NCBI GenBank assembly: GCA_947589735.1
Contig: CANQCR010000003.1
Location: 37,324 to 101,323 of the forward strand
From: an uncultured Bacilli bacterium
GTDB lineage: Bacteria > Bacillota_I > Bacilli_A > RF39 > UBA660
Direction: 5' to 3'
DNA: 64,000 bases
Position numbers and translations under genes: made by a program
Shown here: positions 18,046 through 26,466 of the stretch, piece by piece
Position numbering within the stretch: the stretch's first letter is position 1
Layout: every line of letters starts with the position of its first letter
Notes under the pieces: model-generated
The model's database searches: none
The model's input: only the letters and a program-made list of their open reading frames with translations
Told to the model about the DNA's origin: nothing

Positions 18046-19750
18046 TTTTTAACTTTTGAAAATCAACTTTACCAAGTTTTGTTTTCGGTAATTGTTTACG
18101 GAAGACAAACTCAGCCGGAATCATATACTTAGCTAGATTTTTCTGGCAATAACTTTTGATTTCTGAACGGACAAATAAGCCATGATAACCATCTTTTAAA
18201 ACGATAAAGGCTTTGGCAACCTCTTGCTTATAAGGATGGGGAATACCGATAACACTACACTGTAAAACAGCGGGATGAGATTCAATAACCTCTTCAATAT
18301 GGTTAGGATATACGTTATACCCACTCGTAATAATCATCCGTTTTTCTCTTCCCTTATAAAAGATAAAACCATCACTATCCATATAACCTAAATCACCGGT
18401 ATGAAGCCAAACATGGCCATCTTTATGAATTCTTAAAGCTGCATTTGTTTCTGCTTCATCATTTAAGTAGCCCATCATCAAGGCTTTACTATTAATAACA
18501 ATCTCCCCTACTTCACCATAAGGAACTGTCTTTAAAGTAGCAGGATTAATAATTTTAATATTGTTACTAGCAAGAGGAATCCCTACCGATCCTTTTTTAT
18601 TGATATCATCACAGGCAAGGGTTACCGCGGCTAAGGCTTCTGATAAGCCATAACCTTGCGTAATGCGAGCTTTAGAATTATGTTCTTCAAAGTATTTATT
18701 GATACTATCTTCCAAGCCTTCCGTGAGGATATCCCCACCACTAACAACATATTTTAAGAAAGATAAATCCAAATGTTTTTCGTTATTACATTTAATTAAA
18801 GCTTCATATAAAGTAGGAACCCCTAATACACAAGTTGGTCTTGTCTTTTTAAATAACGTATCAAACTTTTTCGAATCAAATTGGGGAATTAAGATTGAAT
18901 AACAACCTAAAGCAAATGGTGTATGCATTAAAACACTTAAACCAAAACCATGGAAATTAGGCATAATAGCCAGACAGCAATCTCCCGCTTGTAAGCGTTT
19001 CATTTGAATTTGTTCTTGACGGGCCGCTAAAATGAAAGCTCGGTTTTGAATAACGACATTTTTAGGTTTGCCACTTGTCCCACCACTATGCAAAATAACA
19101 GCTGGAGTATTTTTCCCGTAGCGTACCCTTTTAGGTGGTTTGGTATTACGTCCTAATTTCATAAAATGTTTAAAACTAATAAATAAATCATCTTTAGGAT
19201 ATTTTTTATACTTACCTAATTGTTTTACTTTATAACCTATTTTCATAAAAATATTTAAGGAGTCAGCGGGCGATGCGAAAATAACTTTCTTTACCCTAGT
19301 CTCTTTGATGGTATGTTCAATTTTGTTATAAAACATATCGGCCATTACTAAATATTTACTATGGGTAGAGTTCAAGCTTTCTTTAATTTCTTCTTCAGCT
19401 GATAATGGGTGAAGCATATTACCGATTGCTCCTAATTTATTTAAAGCGTATAAAGCAATTAAGGCTTCTGGAATATTAGGTAAACATATCGTTACAATAT
19501 CCCCTTTTTTAATACCTAATGTGTAAAAAGATAGGCTAGCCTTATCAATTAATTTGATAAACTCTTTATAAGTCGTCTTTTTACCAAAGTATTCAATAGC
19601 TGGATACGAAGGATATTTTAAATAGCTATTATGAACATCATCATACATACTGATATTAGGTATTTTAAGATGTAGCTCTTCTTCCGTATAATACTTAGCC
19701 CAAGGAGCTGGAATGGGCTTCTTCGTTCTTAAAAGATTAAAGATTGACAT
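18017..19750 (-). CDS. AMP-dependent long-chain fatty acid--CoA/ACP ligase
   Basis: AMP-binding motif TSGTSGKPK and GYGLSE. Confidence 0.8.
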   Translation of the reverse strand: MSIFNLLRTKKPIPAPWAKYYTEEELHLKIPNISMYDDVHNSYLKYPSYPAIEYFGKKTTYKEFIKLIDKASLSFYTLGIKKGDIVTICLPNIPEALIALYALNKLGAIGNMLHPLSAEEEIKESLNSTHSKYLVMADMFYNKIEHTIKETRVKKVIFASPADSLNIFMKIGYKVKQLGKYKKYPKDDLFISFKHFMKLGRNTKPPKRVRYGKNTPAVILHSGGTSGKPKNVVIQNRAFILAARQEQIQMKRLQAGDCCLAIMPNFHGFGLSVLMHTPFALGCYSILIPQFDSKKFDTLFKKTRPTCVLGVPTLYEALIKCNNEKHLDLSFLKYVVSGGDILTEGLEDSINKYFEEHNSKARITQGYGLSEALAAVTLACDDINKKGSVGIPLASNNIKIINPATLKTVPYGEVGEIVINSKALMMGYLNDEAETNAALRIHKDGHVWLHTGDLGYMDSDGFIFYKGREKRMIITSGYNVYPNHIEEVIESHPAVLQCSVIGIPHPYKQEVAKAFIVLKDGYHGLFVRSEIKSYCQKNLAKYMIPAEFVFRKQLPKTKLGKVDFQKLKSDIGASDDE

Positions 19751-20339
19751 TATATCCCTCCAATTTATTTTTTATAATGTTACGTAAGCGTTCATTTTCT
19801 TTTTCTAGATAATCATTAACGTAAATAGGGTCTAGAAACTCTATTTGAAGTCCTTTTTTAAAAAGACGATACTCTCCTGTTATGACAAAAGGAACAATCG
19901 GAGCCTTAGTTTCATAGGCCATCTTGACCGCGCCGATTTTAAATGGCATAACAATGTCGTTGGTCCGGTTAAAAGTCCCTTCAGGGAAAATACCAATTAC
20001 TTTTTCTGATGAAAGATAAGCAATCGCCTTATTTAAAGCTTCTGGATTTTTCACACTACGATCAACGGGTATTAAGCCTAGATGTTTAAAGATAAGGCCT
20101 TTGAGTCCTTTAAAAAGTTCTACTTTAGCTAAAAAATGAATCGGTCTTTTTGTCGATGATAATAAGATTAAAGAATCAAAATTATGCTTATGATTGCCCG
20201 CTAAAATAACCCGGCCATTTTTAGGAATTTTATCTATTCCAATAAGTTTAGGTCGATACAATAATTTAAAAAGGAATTTAACAATCGGTCTAACTATTAT
20301 ATATAGTTTTGCATTTTTCATATTCATCACTATTATCAT
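19737..20339 (-). CDS. 1-acylglycerol-3-phosphate acyltransferase family (second PlsC-like paralog)
   Basis: AGNHKHNFD and FPEGTFNR motifs. Confidence 0.7.
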   Translation of the reverse strand: MIIVMNMKNAKLYIIVRPIVKFLFKLLYRPKLIGIDKIPKNGRVILAGNHKHNFDSLILLSSTKRPIHFLAKVELFKGLKGLIFKHLGLIPVDRSVKNPEALNKAIAYLSSEKVIGIFPEGTFNRTNDIVMPFKIGAVKMAYETKAPIVPFVITGEYRLFKKGLQIEFLDPIYVNDYLEKENERLRNIIKNKLEGYNVNL

Positions 20340-20392
20340 ACCATTTTTTTATTTCTTTGACAAAAAGATAGCTATTTAATTATATGTGATAA

Positions 20393-20426
20393 CTTTAAAA
20401 AAAGAAAAAAGCGATTAATATCGCTT
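20393..20426 (-). terminator. Rho-independent terminator
   Basis: AAGCGAT-taat-ATCGCTT hairpin followed by TTTTCTTTTTTT. Confidence 0.65.
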
Positions 20427-21276
20427 ATTTTATCTTTTTAACCTTATCGGTAGTAGGTTCATTATCATCAGTATTAATTTCAACTTCATGAAGTAATATA
20501 TCTCTTAACTCTCTATAGGTATCTAAATCTCCACTAGATTCAAGATCTTTAGCTTTATCTAAGGAACTAGATAATTCTTTTTCTTTAACTTTTTCTTTAT
20601 CCTTATCTTTATCCTCATCATCTTCTTCTAAAGATGCTTTAAAATGTTGTTCTAAAGAAGAATCTTCCTTTTGATGATGTCCTTCTTCATACTTTAACAA
20701 ATAACCTGTAATCGTTAACATCTGCATTGATGTTGTCATAATAAATAAAGTATTAAATAATGTATCGACATCTAAAAACTTTGATAAAAAGCCAACACCT
20801 AATAAAGGATATAGGGCACAAGTTTTAATTTTACCAATATATAGGGAGCTCACACTACTTCTTGTTTGATTATTTATTTTAGCACGGACATTAATCCCCG
20901 CAATAATAGCTTCTAAAATAAGATTATAAATTAAAGTTGGGTTAAAAAAGCTTGAGGCAATTAGTAAAGATCCCGCAAATACTTTATCACATATCGCATC
21001 AAGATCTTTACCTAGTTCACTAGTTAGATGATAGTGTCTAGCAATAAAGCCATCTAAGGCATCCGTTAAAGAGAAGATAGTTGTAAAGATAACAATTAAG
21101 GGAATATTAGCTGTAAGCGCCGCGGGAATGATAAATAGCGGTGCTGCAATAAGTCTTGTTGACGTCAAAATATTAGGTATTTGGCGATATCTTCGACCTT
21201 TAGTTTTTAAATCTGTTATAGCATCTTTAATAAGTGCTTTATAACGTTTCCAATTTTCTTTAATTCCCTGTTTCAT
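20425..21276 (-). CDS. CDP-alcohol phosphatidyltransferase (PgsA-like) with an acidic Lys/Asp/Glu-rich C-terminal tail
   Basis: TDALDGFIARH...GKDLDAICD motif. Confidence 0.75.
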   Translation of the reverse strand: MKQGIKENWKRYKALIKDAITDLKTKGRRYRQIPNILTSTRLIAAPLFIIPAALTANIPLIVIFTTIFSLTDALDGFIARHYHLTSELGKDLDAICDKVFAGSLLIASSFFNPTLIYNLILEAIIAGINVRAKINNQTRSSVSSLYIGKIKTCALYPLLGVGFLSKFLDVDTLFNTLFIMTTSMQMLTITGYLLKYEEGHHQKEDSSLEQHFKASLEEDDEDKDKDKEKVKEKELSSSLDKAKDLESSGDLDTYRELRDILLHEVEINTDDNEPTTDKVKKIK

Positions 21277-21332
21277 ACAACATTCCCCTTTAATTGATAA
21301 CTTATTTTATACCTCCCCTATCTTTTTGTCAA

Positions 21333-22712
21333 CTAATAGTCACAATTGTTTGGTGTCCGGTAATATGGAATAACATCACGGATATTTTCAACACCTGTTA
21401 AATAAATTAACAAACGTTCAAAGCCCATACCAAAGCCAGAGTGAACACACCCACCATAACGGCGTAAGTTCAAGTACCAATCAAGCTCATCAGTATTCAT
21501 ACCTAACTCATGCATTCTGCTAACAAGTTTATCATAGTCTTCCTCACGTTGTGAGCCACCCATCAATTCCCCAGCACCTGGTACCTCAAGATCAACGGCC
21601 GCAACTGTCTTGCCATCAGCATTTTGTTTCATATAGAAAGCTTTAATATCTTTAGGCCAGTTTTTGATGAAAACAGGGCCATTAAAGTATTCGGTAATAT
21701 ATTTTTCGTGTTCCTTGGCAATATCCTCACCATATTCAGGGGGAAACTCCCACTTAACATCGGCTTCTTTTAAAATCTTAATAACTTCTTCGTGATCGAT
21801 ACGGGTAAACTTACTACTAATTAACTTGGTTAATTTTTCTTTTAATCCTTTTTCGACAAAGGCATCAAAGAAGTCAATTTCTAAAGGACAATTGTCTAAG
21901 ACATACTTAACAACATATTTAAGCATATCTTCCATAATATCCATATCTTGATCTAAATCACAGAAAGCAATTTCTGGTTCAATCATCCAAAACTCATTAG
22001 CGTGCGTTTTCGTATTAGAGTTTTCCGCTCTAAAGGTTGGACCAAAAGTATACGTTTTCTTATAAGCTAGAGCCCAAGTTTCAGCTTCTAATTGACCTGA
22101 TACCGTAAGAGATGTTTGTTTACCAAAAAAGTCTTTACTATAGTCAACCTCACCACTTTTCGCAATCCGGTCTAAATCAAGAGTCGTTACTTGAAACATC
22201 TCACCAGCTCCCTCACAATCACTAGCTGTAATTAAAGGAGCATGAAAATAAACATATCCACGTTCTTGAAAGTATTTATGAATCGCATAAGCGGCGACGC
22301 TACGAACTCTAAAAGTTGCATTAAACAAGTTCGTCCGAGGACGAAGATAAGCATTATCTCTTAAGAACTCTCTTGTATGTCTTTTAGGTTGAATTGGATA
22401 GTCTTCATCACAATCACCTTCTAGAGTAAGTTCTTTGCATTGCATTTCTAACTCTTGTCCTTCTTTAGGTGATGGAATTAATATGCCAGTTACACTAATC
22501 GCACTACCAATATGTAACTTGGTAATCTCATCGAAATTAGCTAATTTGTTATCATAGACAATTTGTAAATGGGTAAATGTTGTCCCATCACTAAAATCGA
22601 TAAAACCAAATTCTTTTTGCTTACGATGATTACGAATCCAGCCTTGAACAGTTACTTCTTTATTTAAATAAGCTTTCGTATCAGCATATATTTCTTTTAA
22701 ATCTAAAATCAT
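21333..22712 (-). CDS. asnS: Asparagine--tRNA ligase
   Basis: Close match to E. coli AsnRS (EGAGEMFQV, FGPTFRAENSNT, GGSQREE, HSGFGMGFERL). Confidence 0.9.
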   Translation of the reverse strand: MILDLKEIYADTKAYLNKEVTVQGWIRNHRKQKEFGFIDFSDGTTFTHLQIVYDNKLANFDEITKLHIGSAISVTGILIPSPKEGQELEMQCKELTLEGDCDEDYPIQPKRHTREFLRDNAYLRPRTNLFNATFRVRSVAAYAIHKYFQERGYVYFHAPLITASDCEGAGEMFQVTTLDLDRIAKSGEVDYSKDFFGKQTSLTVSGQLEAETWALAYKKTYTFGPTFRAENSNTKTHANEFWMIEPEIAFCDLDQDMDIMEDMLKYVVKYVLDNCPLEIDFFDAFVEKGLKEKLTKLISSKFTRIDHEEVIKILKEADVKWEFPPEYGEDIAKEHEKYITEYFNGPVFIKNWPKDIKAFYMKQNADGKTVAAVDLEVPGAGELMGGSQREEDYDKLVSRMHELGMNTDELDWYLNLRRYGGCVHSGFGMGFERLLIYLTGVENIRDVIPYYRTPNNCDY

Positions 22713-22714
22713 AG

Positions 22715-24172
22715 TTACCTCCTATCAATTTCTTCTTTGATAATTTGGGCCGTTAATGATGGATTAGCTTGACCTCTTGTCTCTTTCATTACTTGACCGA
22801 CGAAGAAATCAAAAGTATTACGACCTTTACGATGTTCAATAATTAAATCAGGATGAGCATCTAAAACTCTAACGACAATATCCCGAATAGTTTTATCATC
22901 AGATATTTGACTAACACCTAATTCTTTGACAATGACTTTTGGTTCTTTCTTTTCTTCTAAGACTTTATTTAAAACTTCTTTACTCTGTTTAGAAGATATT
23001 TTACCATCTTTCGTCATCTGCATTAAATCAACTAACATTTTGGGTGTTAAATAAAGATCTTTAATTTCTAATTCATTTTTATTTAAATAACCTAATATGA
23101 CACTTGTAAGCCAGTTAGCCGCTCCTTTAGGATCAGCTCCTAAACTGATAACCTCTTCATAATAATCCGAAATAGCTTTATCTTTAACTAGTATTTTAGC
23201 GTCATAAGCTGATAGGTTATATGTTTTCATATATTTTTCTTTACGTTCAGGCGCTAAAGCAGGAATACTCTTACGAATATTATCGAGCCAACTTGAGCTT
23301 ATTTTAAACTTTGGAATATTAGGTTCAACAAAATATTTATAGTCGATAGCATCTACTTTACTTCGCATAAACTTCGTTGTAAAAGTATCTTCATCCCATC
23401 TTCTGGTTTGTTGTTCCATCTTATCATATTCACCCTTTTGTTTTAACTCTACTTGTCTTTCAATTTCATAGTTAATAGCGTCTCTAACGCCGGCAAAAGA
23501 GTTAACATTTTTAATTTCTACTTTAGTTCCCCAATTTTTAGGATCTGTTTCATCTAGGTTTTCATCCATAATCGAAACGTTAACGTCACATCTAATTTGT
23601 CCCTTGCGGTTATCCGCATCACTTATTTCAGCATACTGATAAATAGAGCGCATCGTCTCAAGAAAAGCAACGGCTTCATCAGCGCTATGTAAATCCGGTT
23701 CCGTTACTAATTCTAGAAGAGGAACACCAGCCCGGTTATAATCAATGGTTGAAAAAGTAGGATAGTGATCAGATGAAGCAGCATCTTCTTCTAGATGGAT
23801 ATTGTTAATGCGAACAGTTCTCTCTTCATCTTTATAATCAAAAGTAAGGGAGCCATAGATACCGACAGGAGCAGGTTTAGTCTCTTGTGTAATCTGATAA
23901 CCCTTAGGTAAATCAGGATAATAATAATTCTTTCTTTCAAAGTACATATACTCTGGTTGTTTACAATTTAAAATCATACTTGCTTTTAAAGCTAGCTCAA
24001 CCGCTTTTTTATTGACAACTGGTAAGGTTCCTGGAAAAGCCATATCAAGAGGTCTAATATTGGCATTAGGAGTATCATTATAATCGTTTAGAGCACTACT
24101 AAAAACTTTCGTCTTTGTCTTACTTATTTCACAGTGCATCTCAAGTCCGATTAAAGCTTTATATCCGTCCAT
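22715..24172 (-). CDS. gatB: Asp/Glu-tRNA amidotransferase subunit B
   Basis: GatB N- and C-terminal signatures; gatC-gatA-gatB gene order. Confidence 0.9.
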   Translation of the reverse strand: MDGYKALIGLEMHCEISKTKTKVFSSALNDYNDTPNANIRPLDMAFPGTLPVVNKKAVELALKASMILNCKQPEYMYFERKNYYYPDLPKGYQITQETKPAPVGIYGSLTFDYKDEERTVRINNIHLEEDAASSDHYPTFSTIDYNRAGVPLLELVTEPDLHSADEAVAFLETMRSIYQYAEISDADNRKGQIRCDVNVSIMDENLDETDPKNWGTKVEIKNVNSFAGVRDAINYEIERQVELKQKGEYDKMEQQTRRWDEDTFTTKFMRSKVDAIDYKYFVEPNIPKFKISSSWLDNIRKSIPALAPERKEKYMKTYNLSAYDAKILVKDKAISDYYEEVISLGADPKGAANWLTSVILGYLNKNELEIKDLYLTPKMLVDLMQMTKDGKISSKQSKEVLNKVLEEKKEPKVIVKELGVSQISDDKTIRDIVVRVLDAHPDLIIEHRKGRNTFDFFVGQVMKETRGQANPSLTAQIIKEEIDRR

Positions 24173-25626
24173 TATTTTACCTCCTTTGCAATTTGATCTT
24201 TATAATTCATTTGTCCTTCCAAAGCATAGGCAATATTTAAGACACATGCGTCATCATAACAATTACCTGTTATATTAACACCGACAGGTAGATTATTTAT
24301 AAAGCCATTAGGAATGGTAATTGAAGGGAATCCTCCAAAGTTACCAATCTGTAAATGTTCTTCTAAAATATGACTATTTTTATAATCTTTATTTTTAGCA
24401 TCATCTAAATATTTAGCTGGTCCACTACCAACGGGTAAGATAACAGCATCATATTTTTTAAATAATTCTTTCCACGTATCAACAAGTAATCTTCTAACTC
24501 TTTGGGCATTATTAAAGTAACGGTCTTTGTTTTCAGCTTGTAAAACGTATGAACCGATAATAAAACGCCTTTTAATTAATGATGAAAATCCTTCGGTCCG
24601 ATAGTTCTTCATCATTTCAACATAAGTATCCCCTTTGCTTCGAGGTCCAAAGATAATACCGGTTAAATTAGACATATTAGAAGTTGCTTCAGCACAAGAG
24701 ATAACAACATAAACAGAGTTTAGGGCATCTAATAATTTCATATCAACCGATACTTCATCAACACTCATACCGATCTTTTTACATAATTCTAATGTCTTAT
24801 TAAAATTAGCTAAATGTTCTTTTAATTCATCTGAAGCATCAGGATAATTATTTATATCACATATCTCTTTAACATAACAAAGTTTTTTACCTTTAACATC
24901 ATCACTTAAAGATTCATATAAATGTATATCACTAGAATCCCAACTAGTCATATCATTTTTATCAATGCCTTTCATCGCATCTGTTACAATAGCGGCATCT
25001 CTAACACTACGGGTAAGACATCCTAAGTGATCAAGACTTGAGGCAAATGGGAATAAGCCATACCGAGAAATCATTCCGTAAGTTGGCTTAAAACCGACAA
25101 TCCCACAGTAAGCAGCCGGTTTACGAATAGAGTCCCCTGTATCAGAACCCGTCGCAAAAGGATAAACACCAGCGGCGACAGATGCGGCACTTCCAGATGA
25201 ACTTCCGGCACACATTCTTTCTTTATCCCAAGGATTTTTAATAAATCCCGTATGCGCTGTTTTACCAAGGCCACCCATACCAAACTCATCCATCGTTGTC
25301 TTACCGATTAAAACAGCCCCACTACTTTTTAATTTCGTAACAGCCGTGGCATCAAAAAATGGTACATAATCTTTTAAGGTATTACTAGATCCCGTACTTA
25401 AAATATCTTTCGTACTATAGTTATCTTTTAAGCCATATGGAATACCTGATAATAAATTATCAGATACACTCGCCCCTTTAGCGTCATCAATAATTGTTAC
25501 AAAGGCATTACATTCTTTAGCGCAATCATGCGCTTTAGCTAAAGATTCTTTAACTAACTCTTCACTAGTTACCTCACCCTTCTTCAAGGCTTCGTGAAGT
25601 TCTACAATTCCTTTATCCATGTACAT
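24172..25626 (-). CDS. gatA: Glutamyl-tRNA(Gln) amidotransferase subunit A
   Basis: Amidase signature GGSSGGSAA. Confidence 0.9.
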   Translation of the reverse strand: MYMDKGIVELHEALKKGEVTSEELVKESLAKAHDCAKECNAFVTIIDDAKGASVSDNLLSGIPYGLKDNYSTKDILSTGSSNTLKDYVPFFDATAVTKLKSSGAVLIGKTTMDEFGMGGLGKTAHTGFIKNPWDKERMCAGSSSGSAASVAAGVYPFATGSDTGDSIRKPAAYCGIVGFKPTYGMISRYGLFPFASSLDHLGCLTRSVRDAAIVTDAMKGIDKNDMTSWDSSDIHLYESLSDDVKGKKLCYVKEICDINNYPDASDELKEHLANFNKTLELCKKIGMSVDEVSVDMKLLDALNSVYVVISCAEATSNMSNLTGIIFGPRSKGDTYVEMMKNYRTEGFSSLIKRRFIIGSYVLQAENKDRYFNNAQRVRRLLVDTWKELFKKYDAVILPVGSGPAKYLDDAKNKDYKNSHILEEHLQIGNFGGFPSITIPNGFINNLPVGVNITGNCYDDACVLNIAYALEGQMNYKDQIAKEVK

Positions 25627-25925
25627 TATCCCACCACCTTTGGAACTTTTATTTCGGTATCGACGTAGTTATCACAATTTTGAAGTAATTCATCAATGGG
25701 AACACTTTCTTCTTCGACATCTTCTCTTAGTTCATAAACAAAATCATCTAAGCAATGCGTCATCGGTTCAACCTCACCTAACCCATCAATCGCATTCAAA
25801 CGATCAATATCCGCATCAATCTTATCAAACTCATCTAAAACCATCTTGTTTTCTTCTGGTGTTAGACCAATCAATAACTTATCAGCTAAATCATCAACAA
25901 CTTCTTTGGTAAATACTTTTGTCAT
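25626..25925 (-). CDS. gatC: Amidotransferase subunit C
   Basis: 99 aa. The true ATG at 25925 is preceded by AAAGGAGG. The ORF-track start at 25952 is a TTG over-extension. Confidence 0.8.
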   Translation of the reverse strand: MTKVFTKEVVDDLADKLLIGLTPEENKMVLDEFDKIDADIDRLNAIDGLGEVEPMTHCLDDFVYELREDVEEESVPIDELLQNCDNYVDTEIKVPKVVG

Positions 25926-25940
25926 AATATCCTCCTTTAT

Positions 25941-25967
25941 ATGAAAAAACAAGTCCTAGGACTTGTT
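25941..25967 (-). terminator. Intrinsic terminator/attenuator between tRNA-Asn and gatC
   Basis: AACAAGTCC-TA-GGACTTGTT hairpin followed by a T6 run, immediately upstream of the gatC SD. Confidence 0.55.
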
Positions 25968-25977
25968 ATTTACTAAG

Positions 25978-26053
25978 TGGCGCCTGATGTAGGACTCGGA
26001 CCTACGACCTGCCGGTTAACAGCCGGATGCTCTACCGACTGAGCTAATCAGGC
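25978..26053 (-). tRNA. tRNA-Asn (GTT)
   Basis: Hand-folded cloverleaf; anticodon loop CTGTTAA; encoded CCA. Confidence 0.85.
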
Positions 26054-26056
26054 GCA

Positions 26057-26132
26057 TGGCGCTCAATGTAGGACTCGGACCTACGACCTGCCGGTTAACA
26101 GCCGGATGCTCTACCAACTGAGCTAATTGAGC
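26057..26132 (-). tRNA. tRNA-Asn (GTT), second tandem copy with a different acceptor stem
   Basis: Same body as the first copy; acceptor GCTCAAT/ATTGAGC; encoded CCA. Confidence 0.85.
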
Positions 26133-26385
26133 AATTAATAAATTATAGTCCCGATTGGGACGAAATATTCCGCGGTGCCACCCAATTTATCAATATTATT
26201 GATCACTTTATCGATTCTATTAAATCGTGTAATATGATAACGGATTACTTCCGATTAAGCCTACTTCGTTCAGCCTAACAACTAGTGGATGTTATTCATA
26301 ATAAACTTAATCGTTAGCTCACACCATACCTAACTCGCTTTTATCAGTTTTTATTATTACTTCTTCCACGTCAAAACGCTTATGT
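26133..26385 (-). promoter_or_regulatory. T-box riboswitch-like leader, probably Asn-specific
   Basis: Conserved T-box sequence AAATTGGGTGGCACCGCGG at 26170-26188, followed by a GTCCC-AATC-GGGAC hairpin and an A/T-rich tract. Stem I is closed by GATTAAG/CTTAATC and contains candidate AAC specifier codons. Confidence 0.6.
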
Positions 26386-26389
26386 ACTA

Positions 26390-26418
26390 ATTATATTTCA
26401 AAGATAAGTTTTTGTCAA
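26390..26418 (-). promoter_or_regulatory. Consensus sigma-A promoter (TTGACA-17-TATAAT) driving the T-box leader
   Basis: Exact -35 and -10 hexamers with 17-nt spacing. Confidence 0.6.
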
Positions 26419-26466
26419 TACACTTTTAGTGTTTAGGTAAGACATTTTTAAATAAAAAAGAAGACG

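Noticed and set aside
25926-25952. ORF-track N-terminal extension of gatC (MFFHIKEDI...)
   Set aside because: It requires a TTG start and contains the SD (AAAGGAGG) of the real ATG at 25925. The 99-aa product matches GatC size.
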